A stretch of DNA of 64,000 nucleotides from an uncultured delta proteobacterium (lineage in GTDB: Bacteria; Myxococcota; Myxococcia; Myxococcales; Myxococcaceae). Within the stretch, counting starts at the first letter, position 1. Each line of letters begins with the position of its first letter. The DNA lies in the NCBI GenBank assembly GCA_963796055.1, contig CAWCKH010000001.1:224001-288000 (forward strand), in the 5' to 3' direction. Both the position numbers and the translations under genes were made by a program. The notes below the pieces were generated by a model. That model made no database searches and was not told where the DNA came from. It saw only the letters and a list, made by a program, of their open reading frames with translations. This document shows positions 9,343 through 18,122 of this stretch, piece by piece.

Positions 9343-10320
9343 TCAGTGCCCGCGTCCTCCATGCGACTCGAGGTAGTGCTCCTTCAGGAGATCGGCACCG
9401 AAGTCGTGGTCGAAGTCCCGCCAGACCCTGTGCACGTGGTTGGCCTGGTTCTGGGTGTTGTCGTACTCGAGCACGAAGGTCCCGCCCTGGACGCGGTAGT
9501 AGTGCCCCTGGCCACGTTCCAGCCCGCCCGCCCAGGTGAAGTGGATCCGGTCCAGGCCGGCCCGTTCCAGGCGCTCCCAGTCCGACGCAGCGAGATCCGG
9601 TCGGTGCCGACCGAGGTATTCCTTGATCAGCCGGACGAGCAACGCGCGCTGGTTCTCGTCCAGCTGTGCATGGCTGATGCCCTCCGGCCGGGTATCCGCG
9701 CGCCCCGGAACGTTGAGGATCTCCGAGGGGGCGCGGGTCGAGGAGATGGCGAGCTTCCGCTGGTCATCGCGCAGTGACTTGACGAGTGCGCGGCCCAGGT
9801 CCTCCTCGCCGCCCAGGATGCGGAGCCCGGCGCGGGGTCCCGTCCGCACCTCGGCAGGATTGCTCCCGAAGAACGAGGGCGTCTGGGCGACGCTCGAGGA
9901 CGGGCCGAAGGTGACGTTCACCGAGAGGTGGTGTCCCTCGACCCGCCACCCCCAGGGTTCGGTTCCCGCGGGGCTTCCGAAGACAGTGACGTAGTACAGC
10001 TCGGGATCACGGGTCGGTCCGCGGCCGCCCTCCAGCTCGGCGAGGATCGTCTCCAGGCTGATGATCTCCTGCGCCTTGTCGTAGCCTGTCCGGCTCAGGC
10101 CACTGGAGAGCAAGGCCCGGGCGAGCCGGCGCTGCTCACCGGACATCTGCTTGAACGCGAGCCCCTTCCGGACTCCCGGGACGTAGTGCCAGTGGGTGCG
10201 CTCCTGGTCCTTGAAGTCCAGCTGCGTCCGTCGTCGTTGGTCGGGCGTCAGCGCATCCAGGAACGCGCTCGCGGCGGCGGCCATCTCCCGGCGGGCGGGG
10301 TCAGCAGGCAACTGAGACAC
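9343..10320 (-). CDS. DUF3500 domain protein
   Basis: WHYVP, WGWRVEGHHLS, PSFFGSNP, HYYRVQG and EYDNTQNQANHVH..WRD motifs; true start probably further upstream (see findings). Confidence 0.85.
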   Translation of the reverse strand: MSQLPADPARREMAAAASAFLDALTPDQRRRTQLDFKDQERTHWHYVPGVRKGLAFKQMSGEQRRLARALLSSGLSRTGYDKAQEIISLETILAELEGGRGPTRDPELYYVTVFGSPAGTEPWGWRVEGHHLSVNVTFGPSSSVAQTPSFFGSNPAEVRTGPRAGLRILGGEEDLGRALVKSLRDDQRKLAISSTRAPSEILNVPGRADTRPEGISHAQLDENQRALLVRLIKEYLGRHRPDLAASDWERLERAGLDRIHFTWAGGLERGQGHYYRVQGGTFVLEYDNTQNQANHVHRVWRDFDHDFGADLLKEHYLESHGGRGH

Positions 10321-10404
10321 CAGAAGGCCGAGGGCCAGCAGGAGCTGAAAGGTGGAGTGCCCAGGGTCGCACCGGTCATCCTATTCTGGGGTCCAGTCAC
10401 CCCG

Positions 10405-10824
10405 ATGAGAGCTCAGGGAACGGCGTCCGTCGACAGGTCCTGGCCCATTCTCACCCGCTCGGCTCCGGTCGCGCTGGCCGTGCTCACGGCCTGGGCGTGC
10501 GCGGCACCCGCGACCGGTTGGATCCGGACAGAGCTCTATCTCGGCCGCACCCTCTCCGACGGAGGGACCGTCGACCAGGCGAAGCTCGACGCATTCCTCG
10601 CCCGCGAGGCCGCGCCCCGGCTCACCGGTTGGACGGTCCTCGAAGCCCGTGGCCGGTGGACGACCCCGGACGGCGGAAGCGTCGACGAGCCGACCTCGGT
10701 CTTGGTCATCCTCCATGGGCCGGGCGAGGACTCCGCCCTGGAGGCCGTGCGCCGCGCCTACGCCCGCGACTTCGGGCAGCAATCGGTGCTCCGGGTCGAC
10801 ACTCCGGCAGCAGCCAGCTTCTAG
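10405..10824 (+). CDS. DUF3574 family lipoprotein
   Basis: RTELYLG, GWTVLEARGRW and FGQQSVLRVD motifs; AWAC lipobox-like signal. Confidence 0.8.
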   Translation: MRAQGTASVDRSWPILTRSAPVALAVLTAWACAAPATGWIRTELYLGRTLSDGGTVDQAKLDAFLAREAAPRLTGWTVLEARGRWTTPDGGSVDEPTSVLVILHGPGEDSALEAVRRAYARDFGQQSVLRVDTPAAASF

Positions 10825-10841
10825 CGAGCCTCGCGGGAGTC

Positions 10842-11243
10842 TCAGTGACCCGGCCCTGCTCCGGTCGCCCCCTCCTGGAACACCGGCGAGGGGTCGAGCG
10901 TGCAATCCTTCGTCGCCGGGTCGATCCCGAGCCGACGGAGAGTCTCATCGTCGGGGAAGCCCGTCTCCCGGATCCCCTCGCTTCGCTGGAAGGCCCGGAT
11001 CGCCGCCCCGAGCTGCGTTCCCTCCGGGGCATCCCTCGGCAGGAACCCACGCTGGCGGAGCACCGCCGCCAGCTGCTCGCGCGAGTTCGGGTGCGGGAGG
11101 TTCACGTCGTCGAAGGGCGCCAGCGGAGAGGTTCCCACCGTCCCGGGTGGAGGCTGCCCACCCTGCCCTGCCGGGTCATGGGCACAGGCGAGGACCAGCG
11201 CCATCGAGGCGAGCGTCGAGGCAACACAGGAACGTCGGCGCAT
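10842..11243 (-). CDS. Lipoprotein with peptidoglycan-binding domain
   Basis: VLAC lipobox; AIRAFQRSEGIRETGFPDDETLRRLG PG_binding_1 pattern. Confidence 0.8.
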   Translation of the reverse strand: MRRRSCVASTLASMALVLACAHDPAGQGGQPPPGTVGTSPLAPFDDVNLPHPNSREQLAAVLRQRGFLPRDAPEGTQLGAAIRAFQRSEGIRETGFPDDETLRRLGIDPATKDCTLDPSPVFQEGATGAGPGH

Positions 11244-11390
11244 GGTGGCTCCTCGGACCGGCAGGGCGTCCACGCTCTCGCAGGCCAGAGGCGCCGTCCA
11301 GAGAGGTCGGCTGTCACCCTTCGGCCACCGAGCACCCGCGGGCCGTTCACGACGCGGGTCGAGAGGTACGCCGAGCGTTTCCGGAGAAGG

Positions 11391-11927
11391 TCAGTCGTCC
11401 TCGGCGTCGTCCGACTCGGAAGCCTCCTGCTCTCCTCCAGCCTGCTCGTCGCCTCCTCCCTCGCCGCCCGCTTCCGGCGCGGTCAGCGCCGCAGCTCCAT
11501 GGACGAGCACCCCGCCCCGGTGCCCAGCGTCGATCCCGAGCGCAAGCATCGCCATCGAGAGCGCCACGCTCGTCAGTCCAGCGGTCACGAACGGCCGGCG
11601 CCGGTTCCGGAAGACGAGCGCGAGGCCCGCGGCCGCGAAGGTCGCCCCCGCCGCGACGGTGAAAGCCCGGGCCGCGCGCTGGTGCGCCTCGACCGCCGCT
11701 TCCCCGGCGCGGCCTTCGACTCGTTCCTCGTCTTGCTCCCCGGTCCGCAGGGCGACGGCGGCGGCGCCGAGGAGGACGCCCTGGAGCACCAGCGCCAGCA
11801 ACCACGCTCTTCCCGGCAGGCGGTTCGTGGCGATTGCCCAGACCAGCGCTCCGAGCAGAACGGGCATCACCAGGGCAAGGCCCAACGGAACGTGGACGAC
11901 GGCGGGATGGAGGGGCAGAGTGTTCAC
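11391..11927 (-). CDS. DUF2231-like membrane protein
   Basis: LHPAVVHVP, TGEQDEE, AH and GHRGGVLV motifs; GGAGG RBS upstream of GTG 11927; acidic C-terminal tail. Confidence 0.8.
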   Translation of the reverse strand: MNTLPLHPAVVHVPLGLALVMPVLLGALVWAIATNRLPGRAWLLALVLQGVLLGAAAVALRTGEQDEERVEGRAGEAAVEAHQRAARAFTVAAGATFAAAGLALVFRNRRRPFVTAGLTSVALSMAMLALGIDAGHRGGVLVHGAAALTAPEAGGEGGGDEQAGGEQEASESDDAEDD

Positions 11928-11983
11928 GGCGTTTGCCTCCTGAGTTCGACTCTCCTCGTGCCCGACCCCGCTCCCCATCTCCA

Positions 11984-12059
11984 TCCGTCGGACGACGGAG
12001 AGTCCACGCCCCGGGTCGTGACGGGCACCGCGGCCCCCGCCCGTACGTCGGATGACGGA
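11984..12059. promoter_or_regulatory. Two copies of a dyad box T(C/A)CGTC-GGA(C/T)-GACGGA, candidate operator
   Basis: TCCGTCGGACGACGGA at 11984-11999 and TACGTCGGATGACGGA at 12044-12059, exactly 60 bp apart, at the junction of divergent genes. Confidence 0.5.
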
Positions 12060-12575
12060 GCGTCAAGCGAGCGTCTTCGTTCGACCGTGCTCTTCCTCTG
12101 CATCGTGGTGCTCATCGCCGTCGACCTGGTGGAGGACTGGCAGCACGGATCCGAGGGCCTCCACCTCGGCCTCGAGTCGGTCGTCCTCGTCCTCGCCGCC
12201 GCGGGCCTGTGGCTCCTCCGTGGCCGCGTTCTCCGCGAAAGGGCGGCGATGCGCGCGCTCCGGGCCCGTCTGACGGAGGTCAGCGCCGCGGCCGAGTCGT
12301 GGCGTCGTGACACTGAAGCTCTGGCCAGCGGGCTCGGACGTGCGATCGACTCGCAGTTTCAACACTGGAGGCTCACAGACGCCGAGCGCGAGGTGGCGCT
12401 TCTCCTCCTCAAGGGCCTGTCGTTGCGGGAAATCGCCGGTTTGCGCGAGACGAGCGAGCGGACGGTTCGGCAGCAGGCGCTCGCCGTCTACCGCAAGGCC
12501 GGACTCGGCGGACGGGCCGAGCTGTCTGCCTTCTTCCTCGAGGACCTGCTCTCGCCGCCCTCGCCGCGGCGTTGA
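12018..12575 (+). CDS. Membrane-anchored LuxR-type HTH transcriptional regulator
   Basis: Two N-terminal TMs, a coiled coil, then LTDAEREVALLLLKGLSLREIA..RETSERTVRQQ HTH; start uncertain. Confidence 0.85.
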   Translation: MTGTAAPARTSDDGASSERLRSTVLFLCIVVLIAVDLVEDWQHGSEGLHLGLESVVLVLAAAGLWLLRGRVLRERAAMRALRARLTEVSAAAESWRRDTEALASGLGRAIDSQFQHWRLTDAEREVALLLLKGLSLREIAGLRETSERTVRQQALAVYRKAGLGGRAELSAFFLEDLLSPPSPRR

Positions 12576-12579
12576 GCCA

Positions 12580-14064
12580 TCAGCTGTTCACTGACCGGCG
12601 CCGGACAGCGAGCAGGCCGAGAATCGCCAGCCCCAGCCAGGGCGCTCCGTGCGCGGAGCTGGAACAGCTGCCGATGATGTCGGACGGCGGACCCTCCGCC
12701 GGAGCTCCGGGACCGGCGTCGGGACCCGCGTCAGACGCTCCGCCGTCGGGAGTGCCCGCATCGGTCGACCCCGCATCGGGCATGCCGGCGTCGCTCGCCG
12801 AGGCAAACCCGTAGGCGCCGAGATCGCTTGCCGATGCCGAGGCGCGTGGACGCGTCCCGAGCGGCGCGAGAAATTCCTGGTCCGGAATCCCGCTCACCAC
12901 GGCCCCGGTCCCATCGACGTAGGTCACCCCGGCCGCTCCTGCACCGATGGCCGGCAATCCGGGCGCGAGGTGCAGGTCGGTGGGGCCGACGAACCCGGGG
13001 CTCGTGCCCGTCAGGCCACCGCTCAGCGTGCCGGCGCTCGTCACTTGGTTGGAGATCCAGTTGTTGCTCCCGACCAGAATGGCCGACGTCGTCGCATCGG
13101 CCGCGAGGCCCGTTCCGCTGGTGGTGGCATGGACGATGCTGTTGACCAGATGGATCTGGCTGCCGGCGGCCGGAGCGATCGCGTGGAACAGCCGATTGGA
13201 CGGATGGGCGAGGATGAAGGTGTTCGAGAGCGCGTAGAGGCTTCCGTTGCGACCGCTCTCCGCGCCGTTGTCCGAGCCCCAGAGGATGACCTGGCTGTTG
13301 TTGCCCGAGCTCGGCGGCCGGACGATCACGTTCCCGATCAACGTCGCGTTGGCATTCGGCGCGTCGGTGTCCGGCGGCGCCTGGATGAGATCGATCTCGT
13401 AGTTCCCGGCGTTCTCGATGAGGTTGTAAGCGATGAGCGCGTGGTGCGAGCGCACCTTCACGTTCTGCCCGCCCGCCGAATCGTGGATGTGGTTCCCGAT
13501 GAGAACGATGGATTGCCCGCCGACGTAGAAGTTGTGGGAGTACCCGTCGCCGGCTCCGTTGTGGAACACCTCGCTCGCCCGGACGGTGAGGGTCGCTGCG
13601 CCATCGGACATGAAACCGTCGTGACAGTCGTGCACCGAAACGTCCTCGATGGTCACGTCCAGCGCGCCGGCCGTGACCCGGAACGCCGCGCCGTTGTTGG
13701 TGTCGTTCGCCGCGTTCTTCAATTCCAGGTGTTCGACACGCCAATGGCTCCCGCCGGTGAACTGGAAGATGGCCCGTGGCACGGGGCCGGCCCCGGTGAG
13801 GTTGAGCCCCGCGGCGTCGAAGACCGGTCGGGGCCCGGGCACGCCTCGAAGGATGATGGGCGCAGCCTCGGTTCCCGACGCCTTCAGCTGACACGCGTCG
13901 GTGTACGTCCCGGGGTCGACCTCCACCACGTCTCCGGGCTGGAGGGTCACGCTCGCCACCAGCGCGCAGGGGGACCTCCAGGCCCTCGACGCACCGACCG
14001 CGTAGGTCGTCGCCCACGCCGGCGGCGCCCCGAGCGCGACGAGAAGCACCCTGACGCCGAGCAT
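12580..14064 (-). CDS. Secreted right-handed beta-helix protein with MYXO-CTERM-like sorting tail
   Basis: Signal peptide; PGDVVEVDPGTY; Asn/Gly-rich parallel beta-helix repeats; DAG-repeat linker; C-terminal GSCSS...hydrophobic...RRR. Confidence 0.8.
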   Translation of the reverse strand: MLGVRVLLVALGAPPAWATTYAVGASRAWRSPCALVASVTLQPGDVVEVDPGTYTDACQLKASGTEAAPIILRGVPGPRPVFDAAGLNLTGAGPVPRAIFQFTGGSHWRVEHLELKNAANDTNNGAAFRVTAGALDVTIEDVSVHDCHDGFMSDGAATLTVRASEVFHNGAGDGYSHNFYVGGQSIVLIGNHIHDSAGGQNVKVRSHHALIAYNLIENAGNYEIDLIQAPPDTDAPNANATLIGNVIVRPPSSGNNSQVILWGSDNGAESGRNGSLYALSNTFILAHPSNRLFHAIAPAAGSQIHLVNSIVHATTSGTGLAADATTSAILVGSNNWISNQVTSAGTLSGGLTGTSPGFVGPTDLHLAPGLPAIGAGAAGVTYVDGTGAVVSGIPDQEFLAPLGTRPRASASASDLGAYGFASASDAGMPDAGSTDAGTPDGGASDAGPDAGPGAPAEGPPSDIIGSCSSSAHGAPWLGLAILGLLAVRRRSVNS

Positions 14065-14216
14065 CCGCACGCACCGGGGGACTGTACCGTCGTCCTCGCG
14101 CGTGAACCGATGTGGGTCCGGAGCGCAGGGACACCCATCGGCGTCGACCACGCACGTTGGGCGCGCGGCACGGGCGATGGAACAATCGTCCGGCTTTCGA
14201 CCCCGGAGACAGTTCG

Positions 14217-15116
14217 ATGCGCCTCTCACCTCTGCTGCTCGCGTTCCCTCTCGCCCTCGTCGGATGCGCCAGCGTCCAGAAGACCTGCTACGGCGATGGC
14301 GTCTGCCGCGTGGAGAAGGACGGCGTCGTGAGCTGGGAAGGCCCGCCGGACAAGGTCGCCGCCCGCCAGGGTGTCGCGCAGTCCGCCGCCGACGCGCAGA
14401 AGCACGCCGACGAGGCCTATCTGGCGGCGCCGAAGCGGCCGCCGTCCGAGCCGATCCGCCTGGTCGTCATCGGGCCGGAGACCGAGTACCCGGACCTCGC
14501 CCCGCTCACGGGCACCTACCGCCAGATGCTGGAGCAGGCGCTCCAGGGCGACCCGCGGATCCAGCTGGTCCCGTACTCTCAGGTGAAGCTCTTCGCCGAG
14601 GCCCGCTCCGAGGGCGAGTCCACGAGCATGTTCTCGCAGCACCAGGCAAGGACGGCGGTGGACGCGCCGCTGGCCCGGCGGCTGCGGGATGGCAGTGGCG
14701 AGGTGGACGTGGTGGTCGTGGCGCACCTCTCGACCAAGAAGGTCTCGGGCTTCGTGGGGGGCAAGGGCGGCGTCGGTGTGGCCGAGGTGAACAACGTCGT
14801 CTTCGAGCTGAGCCTGTCCTCGGTCTACCGTTTCGAGGAGCAACGGCACGTCGAGGTGGGCAAGAGCAGCGACAGCCTGGCGCTCGCCGGCATCGACAAG
14901 AAGGGCAAGACCGGCTCCGGCCAGCTCAAGGGAAAGCGGAACCCCGAGAACGATCGGCCGGCTCTGATGAGCGCGGCCAGCTGGGTGAAGGCCACCTCGG
15001 CGCAGCTCGCACCCGAGCTTCCCTCGATCGCCGCCGCCCGCGACGTCCGGCAGAAGAACACCGCGACCGCGCTGCAGGATGCGCCCGAGTGGATGAAGAA
15101 GCTCCTGGCGAAGTGA
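14217..15116 (+). CDS. Hypothetical lipoprotein
   Basis: MRLSPLLLAFPLALVGC lipobox; GGAG RBS; strong GC3 bias. Confidence 0.8.
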   Translation: MRLSPLLLAFPLALVGCASVQKTCYGDGVCRVEKDGVVSWEGPPDKVAARQGVAQSAADAQKHADEAYLAAPKRPPSEPIRLVVIGPETEYPDLAPLTGTYRQMLEQALQGDPRIQLVPYSQVKLFAEARSEGESTSMFSQHQARTAVDAPLARRLRDGSGEVDVVVVAHLSTKKVSGFVGGKGGVGVAEVNNVVFELSLSSVYRFEEQRHVEVGKSSDSLALAGIDKKGKTGSGQLKGKRNPENDRPALMSAASWVKATSAQLAPELPSIAAARDVRQKNTATALQDAPEWMKKLLAK

Positions 15117-15151
15117 GTCGGTGATCGTCTCCTCGGGGGCCGTCCTCAGCG

Positions 15152-16462
15152 CTACGGTCCGCCGAGCGAGACGGCGGGAGTCTCCTCCGCCCGTCGCCAG
15201 GGCTGGCCGAGCAGCCCGCGCGACAGCACCGCGGCCCAGACCAGCAGCCCGGTGAGCTCGAGCACCCCGCTCGCCCCGATGACCCGGAAGGCGAATGGGG
15301 TCCAGTCGGAAGCCACCTGGAGCGTGACCCTGAGGAAGCAGCCGAGGTTGAGCAGCACCAGGGTCGGCCGCAACGTGGCGTCGCGTGGGGTGAGCGGGAC
15401 CACCAGCATGGAGACGCCGACGATCATCTGGGAGACGAACCCCACCGTCACCGCGTGGCGGATGGCGCCGTAGTACGCGTGGCTGAAGGGAAGACCGCTC
15501 ACCGCCTGGTACATCGGGAGGAGGAGCAGCATCGCCAGCGACATCCCCAGCCAGGCGTACGCCAGCCGGATGAACAGGGCGCTGCGCTGGTTCCGTGGAG
15601 GACGGCGCCAGAGGCTCCAGGGGAGCACCACCGCCCCGCAGCCCACTGCCAGCATCACCCAGCCCAGGAACAGGCCCGCGGCCCAGCGGTGATCGCCCGT
15701 CAGACGCAGTGCGATGAAGAACGTCGACTCCAGCACCAGACCCGCGGCGATCGTCGAGAGCGAGAACCAGCCCCGGCGCGCCGGCGTGGACGACACGCCG
15801 AGGAACGGCGGCAAGAACCGCTGCGAGACGCCGAGGATCATGCACAGCGCGAGGCCGTGGATCTGGAGATCTCGGAGCGGGGCCTGGAAGGTCGAGACCT
15901 GTGCCAGCAGCACCTCGCGGCTCGATGCGACCATTGTCCGCCAGGTGTGCCAGCCGTCGAGGATCGCCTGCGCGACGAGGCACCCCACGGCCAGGAACAC
16001 GAAGCCCATCCACGGCTGGAGCCGCTCCAGGCTCCGGCGGAAGGTGCGCACGAGCATCCACGCGAACAGCGCCGTCGCCGCGACCTGGAGCCCGCTCCCG
16101 GCCAGCGCCAGCGGCGGCCCGGACGCCCCGAGCGGTGCGCTCATCGCCACCGATCGGAGGATGACCCCGCCGAGCATGGCCGCCAGTGGCAGCCACCTCC
16201 ACCGCCGGCCGGCGAGACGGACGTGCCACACCGGGGGGAACATCTGGAGCGCAAACCCCATGATGAACAGCCCCACCCAGCCGTCGATCTGCGCCTGGCC
16301 GTGGGCGTTGATGTCCTGGAGCGAGACTCCGGTGAATCGCCCGGCCGCGGCGATCTGCCAGAGCAGCCCCACGCCCCATCCAGCGCCCACGGTGATGACG
16401 GTGGCGATGGCGGCGACGAAGTAGCGGTGGTGCAGCGGACGCTCCATCCCCGGGGCGCTCAT
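15152..16462 (-). CDS. NnrS-like polytopic membrane protein
   Basis: About 12 TMs; HGQAQIDGWVGLFIMG and RHAVTVGFVSQMIVG motifs; ATGA overlap with the Rrf2 stop. Confidence 0.7.
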   Translation of the reverse strand: MSAPGMERPLHHRYFVAAIATVITVGAGWGVGLLWQIAAAGRFTGVSLQDINAHGQAQIDGWVGLFIMGFALQMFPPVWHVRLAGRRWRWLPLAAMLGGVILRSVAMSAPLGASGPPLALAGSGLQVAATALFAWMLVRTFRRSLERLQPWMGFVFLAVGCLVAQAILDGWHTWRTMVASSREVLLAQVSTFQAPLRDLQIHGLALCMILGVSQRFLPPFLGVSSTPARRGWFSLSTIAAGLVLESTFFIALRLTGDHRWAAGLFLGWVMLAVGCGAVVLPWSLWRRPPRNQRSALFIRLAYAWLGMSLAMLLLLPMYQAVSGLPFSHAYYGAIRHAVTVGFVSQMIVGVSMLVVPLTPRDATLRPTLVLLNLGCFLRVTLQVASDWTPFAFRVIGASGVLELTGLLVWAAVLSRGLLGQPWRRAEETPAVSLGGP

Positions 16463-16917
16463 CGCCGGCCCCCGCGCGCTGCCCGCCCCGAACGGGGGGC
16501 CTCGCACAGTGGCCGGCTCCCGCGTTTGTCACCGACGATCTCGGCCAGCGACGAGGCCCGGAATGCGGCCTCCACCGAGGCGATGGCCTGATCGAGCCGC
16601 CGGTGCAGCGGGCAGAGGTTCGCCCCATGGGTGGGCAGCCCCAGAGGACAGACCTCGATGCGCTTCAGCGGATCCACCGCCTGGACCACGTCCAGGACCG
16701 AGATCTCCTCCGGCGTCCGGGCCAGCACCGAGCCGCCATTCGGGCCCCGCTGCGAGCGGACGAGGCCGGCGCGCGAGAGCTGACGGAGCACCTTGGCGAG
16801 GTAATCGGCGGGAGTCCTGGTGTTCAGCGCCAGCTCCGGGATGGTGACCGGCCGGTCGCCCTGGCTCGCCAGCTGGACCACGAGGCGCAGCGCGTATTCC
16901 GTCGTCCGCGAGAGCAT
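16459..16917 (-). CDS. Rrf2 family transcriptional regulator
   Basis: EYALR and YLAKVL..L...GLVRSQRGPNGG winged HTH; CPLG...LCPLH and a C-terminal Cys. Confidence 0.92.
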   Translation of the reverse strand: MLSRTTEYALRLVVQLASQGDRPVTIPELALNTRTPADYLAKVLRQLSRAGLVRSQRGPNGGSVLARTPEEISVLDVVQAVDPLKRIEVCPLGLPTHGANLCPLHRRLDQAIASVEAAFRASSLAEIVGDKRGSRPLCEAPRSGRAARGGRR

Positions 16918-16931
16918 GGGCGGACCGTATC

Positions 16932-16957
16932 AATTCTGGATAAATAGGTCCAGAGTT
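16932..16957. promoter_or_regulatory. AT-rich inverted repeat, candidate Rrf2 operator
   Basis: AATTCTGGA-TAAATAGG-TCCAGAGTT (9-8-9, one mismatch), 15 nt upstream of the Rrf2 ATG. Confidence 0.65.
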
Positions 16958-17003
16958 AGAGGACCGCCGCCGGGTCAGAGTCGAACGCGCTCCCGGCGCG
17001 GAG

Positions 17004-17366
17004 TCACCGGCTCCGGCCGTCGAACTGGGTCACCCGGAGCTGGTCCGGCTCGAAGCCATCCAGGCACCGAACGTTGATCGCCACCATCGGCTGGCCGTCG
17101 GGACCCGTGCCCCGGGCGAAGGACTTGATCCCGCACGTCTTGCAGAACAGGTGATGGATGTGATGCTTGTTGAAGAGGTAATCGGTCGTGGCGTCCTCGC
17201 CCCGCTCGAGATGGAAGCGGGACGCCGGAACGAAGCTCAGGAGCGTTCCGGCCCTTCCGCACATCGAGCAGTTGCAGCTCATCGCGGTGGCGCCGCGGTC
17301 GAGCTCCACCGTGTATCGCACCGCCCCGCAGTGACAGCTCCCGCGCCTGGTCTCCGTGTCCGCCAT
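17004..17366 (-). CDS. GFA/CENP-V family protein
   Basis: GSCHCG, CNCSMC and FCKTCG motifs; GGAGG RBS. Confidence 0.92.
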   Translation of the reverse strand: MADTETRRGSCHCGAVRYTVELDRGATAMSCNCSMCGRAGTLLSFVPASRFHLERGEDATTDYLFNKHHIHHLFCKTCGIKSFARGTGPDGQPMVAINVRCLDGFEPDQLRVTQFDGRSR

Positions 17367-17485
17367 CAGGGCCTCCTGCTCGCCTGGAAGGTGTGCATGG
17401 TCCGCCCGGAAGTTCAACCTCGCTCGGGCTGTCTTCGGTGGGCCTACCGGTTAGAGTCCCCGGCGCGATGACGAGGAGCCCCACC

Positions 17486-18106
17486 GTGAACGAGAAGAAG
17501 CCCGAGACCCCGCCGAGCCCGGCGACGACGCCCTTCACCCCCATCGACCAGCACCTCTTCGAGTCGCGGACGGTGTTCGTCAGCGGCGAGGTGAACGCCG
17601 ACCTGGCGCTCCGGGTGAACCGACTGCTCCTGGCGCTCGAGCGCAGCAACCCCACGCAGCCCATCGTCCTCTGGGTGGATTGCCCGGGCGGCGAGGTCTA
17701 CTCGGGGTTCGCCATCTACGACACCGCGCGCTTCATCTCGCCGCGCATCGTCACCGTGGTCGCCGGGTTCGCCGGGAGCATGGGCTCGGTCATCGCCCTG
17801 GCCGCGGAGAAGGAGGACCGGGTCGCCCTCCCCAACGCCAAGCTCCTCATCCACCAGCCGCTGGTGGGCGGGGTCATCCACGGCTCGGCGAGCGATTTGG
17901 AGATCCACGCCCGGGACATCATCGAGCTGAAGAAGAAGATGCACCGCCTCTACGCCGAGCGCACCGGAACGCCTCAGGAGCGGTTCGTGGATCTCATGGA
18001 GCGCGACCGGTGGATCGACCCCCCGGCGGCCATCGACCTCGGCCTCATCTCCAAGGTGGTCAACACCCGCAAGGAGCTGGACGCGCTCGTGCAGCGCGGA
18101 CACTGA
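17486..18106 (+). CDS. clpP: ATP-dependent Clp protease proteolytic subunit
   Basis: Catalytic triad contexts AGSMGS, IHQP and MERD; GAGGAG RBS before GTG 17486. Confidence 0.9.
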   Translation: MNEKKPETPPSPATTPFTPIDQHLFESRTVFVSGEVNADLALRVNRLLLALERSNPTQPIVLWVDCPGGEVYSGFAIYDTARFISPRIVTVVAGFAGSMGSVIALAAEKEDRVALPNAKLLIHQPLVGGVIHGSASDLEIHARDIIELKKKMHRLYAERTGTPQERFVDLMERDRWIDPPAAIDLGLISKVVNTRKELDALVQRGH

Positions 18107-18122
18107 CTGAATCCGGCTCGCC

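Noticed and set aside
12700..12800. Short tandem DNA repeats
   Set aside because: They encode the DAG-repeat linker of the MYXO-CTERM-like protein, an ordinary myxobacterial feature.
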